A stretch of 64,000 nt of DNA, taken from Eledone cirrhosa. Taxonomy: Eukaryota. The notes under the pieces were generated by a model. It was not told the origin of the DNA. It saw only the letters and a program-made list of their open reading frames with translations, and did not search any database. Location of the stretch: the NCBI GenBank assembly GCA_964016885.1, contig OZ024743.1:71734001-71798000 (forward strand), read 5' to 3'. Positions 60,196 to 64,000 of the stretch are shown here, one piece after another (position 1 is the stretch's first letter; the number at the start of each line of letters is the position of its first letter). Position numbers and translations under genes: made by a program.

Positions 60196-61135
60196 ATATG
60201 ATAATAATGGAGCTGCGGCGCTGCAAATGGGTTACATATGAAAAAGTTTGTCCTCATCGGTGGCCATCCAACCGTCGTAGGCATTTCGTCGCATTAAAGG
60301 CCATATACTTCAGGTTGGTGCGAGCAACGGCTAAAAAAAAGTCGTTGGGACACGTAAATAAGGGGGACGCTAGGGTAAACGGACAAAATTGTTTAAGCAG
60401 CAGAAAGTGATGAAGAAGGAAACAAGTCCCAGATTTCTATGAATATAAATTCGGTGGAATCGTGAACGAGATAATAAACTCCATCAAACCTGGTTGAAAT
60501 GTGAGCAAGGAAGGAATTTCACACAGGTCTAACGGGAGGAAGAAGGGGTCTGGTCTGCGAATTCGGTAAACATAAGTTCCGTGAAGTCGCAGACGAGAGT
60601 GAGAGAGAAAAAAAATTCATACCGGCTTGGCCAAGTGCCCGCGAGAAAAGGATTATGGACAGGTCAAACGGGAAGAAAGGGGAGGAGGAGAGGTAGTAAC
60701 AGAGAGTGAGTGAGTGAAAGGTGAGGAAGAGGATAACAGAGAAAGAGACTGCTAGAAAGGGTAAAGACACAAATAACGAAACAGACTGGTGGCAGCGGAG
60801 GAAAAAATATATGTGTACATATGATAATAATGGAGCTGCGGCGCTGCAAATGGGTTACATATGAAAATGTTTGTCCTCATTAGTGGCCATCCAACCGTCG
60901 TAGGCATTTCGTCGCATTAAAGGCCATATACCTCAGGTTGGTGCGAGCAACGGCTAAAAAAAAGTCGTTGGGACACGTAAATAAGGGGGACGCTAGGGTA
61001 AACGAACAAAATGGTTTAAGCAGCAGAAAGTGATGAAGAAGGAAACAAGTCCCAGATTTCTATGAATATAAATTCGGTGGAATCGTGAACGAGAGAATAA
61101 AGACCATCAAACCTGGTTGAAATGTGAGCAAGGAA
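60196..61135. mobile_element. ~623-bp monomer, about 1.5 tandem copies, in (TA)n
   Basis: ATATGATAATAATGGAGCTGCGGCGCTGC at about 60196 and 60819. Confidence 0.9.
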
Positions 61136-61151
61136 TATATATATATATATA

Positions 61152-61695
61152 TATTGTTATACTTGGGGATGGTCATATTTGTGTAATATTGCAAGAATTA
61201 ATAACAGAACACACTCACAATTTGGTTGGTTTACGCTTTTCGCTTCTGTGTCTTTTATATCCGTAATCTAATTTATTCGGTCCTCAATGTTGCCATTGAC
61301 TGACCAACGGTCAAAAATAATACAGATACAATATAGACACACACACATATATATAGTTTATCAAAGTTCTTTCGTTGCACATCTGCAACATCGTCAGTGG
61401 TGCTATTGTTTCCTCCCGTTACATTGTATGTCTACGCCATCTGTTGATAAACTATATATATGTGTTTGTGTCTATATTGTATATGTATTATTTTTGACCG
61501 TTGGTCAGTCAATGGAAACATTGAGGACCGAATAAATTAGATTACCGATATAAAAGACACAGAAGCGAAAAGCGAAATCCAACCAAACAGTTAGTGTGTT
61601 CTGTTATTAATTCAGGCAATATTACACAAATATGACCTTCCCCATGTATAACAATATTTGTTTCGACACATGATTTCAAATAAAAAACCTCGCAA

Positions 61696-61699
<4 letters not shown>
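61152..61699. mobile_element. fold-back PLE 3'-end derivative
   Basis: Arms about 61152-61362 and 61446-61655, plus a right extension; shares the ATGACC.TCCCC..GTATAACAATAT terminal motif. Confidence 0.85.
61361..61400 (-). ncRNA. type I hammerhead ribozyme
   Basis: cca-CTGACGA-t-gttgca(gatg)tgcaac-GAAA-gaact-T-tga; stem I weak. Confidence 0.7.
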
Positions 61700-61735
<36 letters not shown>

Positions 61736-61746
61736 TTATGTATTTA

Positions 61747-62109
<363 letters not shown>

Positions 62110-62133
62110 TTATATATATATATATATACAAAC

Positions 62134-62562
62134 AACGGGGAGATAAGCTGACAGGTCTACATATATATATATATATATATATGGAGCCGTAGAAACCCCA
62201 ACACTGGACTTTACCATCATTCCAGGGGTCCGGGTGAGTATCAAACATTTATATTTTCATATATTTTTATATCTGTATATCTGTTTGACCCGAAATAGGA
62301 GATCGAATCTTCGCTGTGTGGATGATTAGTTTAACCACCATCTCAGTGTGTTTGGCCTTTAACGTAAGTTGTAAGCTCTAATTCATTTGAATTATAGAGC
62401 GCTTGCCTCACAACTCGAAAGTGTTTTCTCGTTATTTCATGGGCTGAAATTCGATTCTCTCTAATTTTTACTTAAAGTAGTGACTTGCGCTATTGTTTTA
62501 AAATAGTCACTTACTTCTTTTTTCTACAAACAAAGGGGAGATAAGCTGACAGGTCTATATAT

Positions 62563-62646
<84 letters not shown>

Positions 62647-62769
62647 ATATGTATATAAATATACTGTATGCTTAATTAGAAACATTTTGAAGACTTTGCG
62701 CTATTGTTTTAAAGTAGTGACTATGTCACTTCCTTTTTCAACAAACAAAGGGGAGATAAGCTGACAGGT

Positions 62770-62827
<58 letters not shown>

Positions 62828-62957
62828 CTTTAAATATAGACCTGTCAGCTTATCTCCCCTTTGTTTGTTGAAAAAAGAAGTGACTATTTTAAAACAATAG
62901 CGCAAGGTCTTCAAAATATTTCTAATTAAGCATACAGTATATTGCCAAATATACTAT
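62134..62957. repeat. direct and inverted fragments of one repeat family interleaved with microsatellite
   Basis: GGGAGATAAGCTGACAGGTCT at about 62138, 62537 and 62751; inverted at 62838. Confidence 0.85.
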
Positions 62958-63094
62958 ATATACATTCATATATTTATATATATATAGATGTTTATATATA
63001 TATATGTGTGTGATATGTGTGTGTGTGTGTGCGCATATATATATATATATAACAAAGTGTTATAGATTGCTTGAATCATTGTTGAATAGGAAAT

Positions 63095-63362
63095 ATATAT
63101 CTAAATAATTTTAAAAACCGTACAATACATTAGAAAATTGAAGGTGACAAGTTAACGATGGAATCTTACCTTAGAAAATTTAACAATCCGAAATATTTTC
63201 GGGTTTATAAACCCATTATTAAAGGATTATCCCTGTGATGCTCCTAAAACATCGGTCGGAGACGTGTTGTTTGGAAAACAGAATTTAATTTAAATGTAAA
63301 TTTAATTTGGCACCTTTCATTTTTCAATGCATTGTATGGTTTTTAAAATTATTTAAAATATA
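63095..63362. repeat. degenerate inverted-repeat element
   Basis: TAAATAATTTTAAAAACCGTACAAT / ATTGTATGGTTTTTAAAATTATTTA. Confidence 0.65.
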
Positions 63363-63384
63363 TATATATATCTCTATAGTTTCT

Positions 63385-63960
63385 AGTAGCGGTTTAATAA
63401 GCTGGTGACTTCTCGTTTGTTACGAGCGAGGCAATCGATGCCATAGACGACTTTGATGTTGCTAATATTGCGTGCTCCAACACTGTCGGTGCTCATGTGT
63501 TATTCAAATGCCTCAATCATTATATTATCAAGGAATACTTTGAAGAATGTTGGTGGCAGGAGATACCCCTGCCAAACCCCTTCTTCTGTATGGATCGACT
63601 CTTAGTTTTCCTGAACGTGAACTGGACAATTTGCTTTCTCGTAGAGGTAGCTGATGAATTTATAATGCTTCTTGCCCATGTTTTTATTCACCAGCTCCTA
63701 GAGTGACTTGTATCAGAGTTTGTGTAAAGCTTTTTTAAAATCTATGAATGTATGCTATATCACATGTTGGTGTTACCTCTATTTCTTACCCAGAACCCGG
63801 AGATTCAATGCTTGCGGGCTCAATTTGTATAGAATCGATTTAAAAATTACTTTGCTGGCGTCACCGATGAGGCTTATATTATGGCAGTTTCAGCACTGTT
63901 TAAGATTGCATAACGTGCCATAAAGACACGTTTTAGCCAGATAAATATACTGGTAGGAGA
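63385..63960 (-). pseudogene. old RTE-like LINE RT fragment
   Basis: TFIDFKKAL, EGVWQGYLLPPTFFKVFLDNIMIEAF, VGARNISNI; multiple stops. Confidence 0.75.
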
Positions 63961-64000
63961 TTTCTCTTTACATCGTTTCCCCAAGTCTCACATACTAATT

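Noticed and set aside
62134-62860. Recurrent 21-bp repeat as a CRISPR-like array
   Set aside because: Irregular spacing, mixed orientation, longer shared flanks, and a eukaryotic context.

Overview
AT-rich, repeat-dominated animal genomic DNA. The tRNA-derived SINE family and the (TA)n load suggest an octopod cephalopod (inference). I found no host gene I can support; almost all long ORFs in the track are (TA/CA)n artefacts. Recognisable elements: three Penelope-like retroelements (PLEs) with RT and/or GIY-YIG coding sequence (two Naiad-like, one 2.8-kb copy with a 1-kb inverted duplication), RTE LINE remnants, mariner/Tc1 and hAT-like remnants, and many SINEs, several with TSDs. Main result: the short 'unique' islands between (TA)n tracts are mostly small non-coding mobile elements carrying type I hammerhead ribozyme (HHR) motifs. 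By eye I count about 13 with intact CUGANGA/GAAA/UH cores and about 10 degenerate ones, from roughly 10 unrelated families. They occur as partial tandem monomers (about 470-630 bp) and/or tail-out inverted pairs, the same layout as the coding PLE. This points to a microsatellite-targeted community of PLEs and retrozyme-like elements. All folds and alignments were done by eye; ribozyme activity is untested and element boundaries are approximate.
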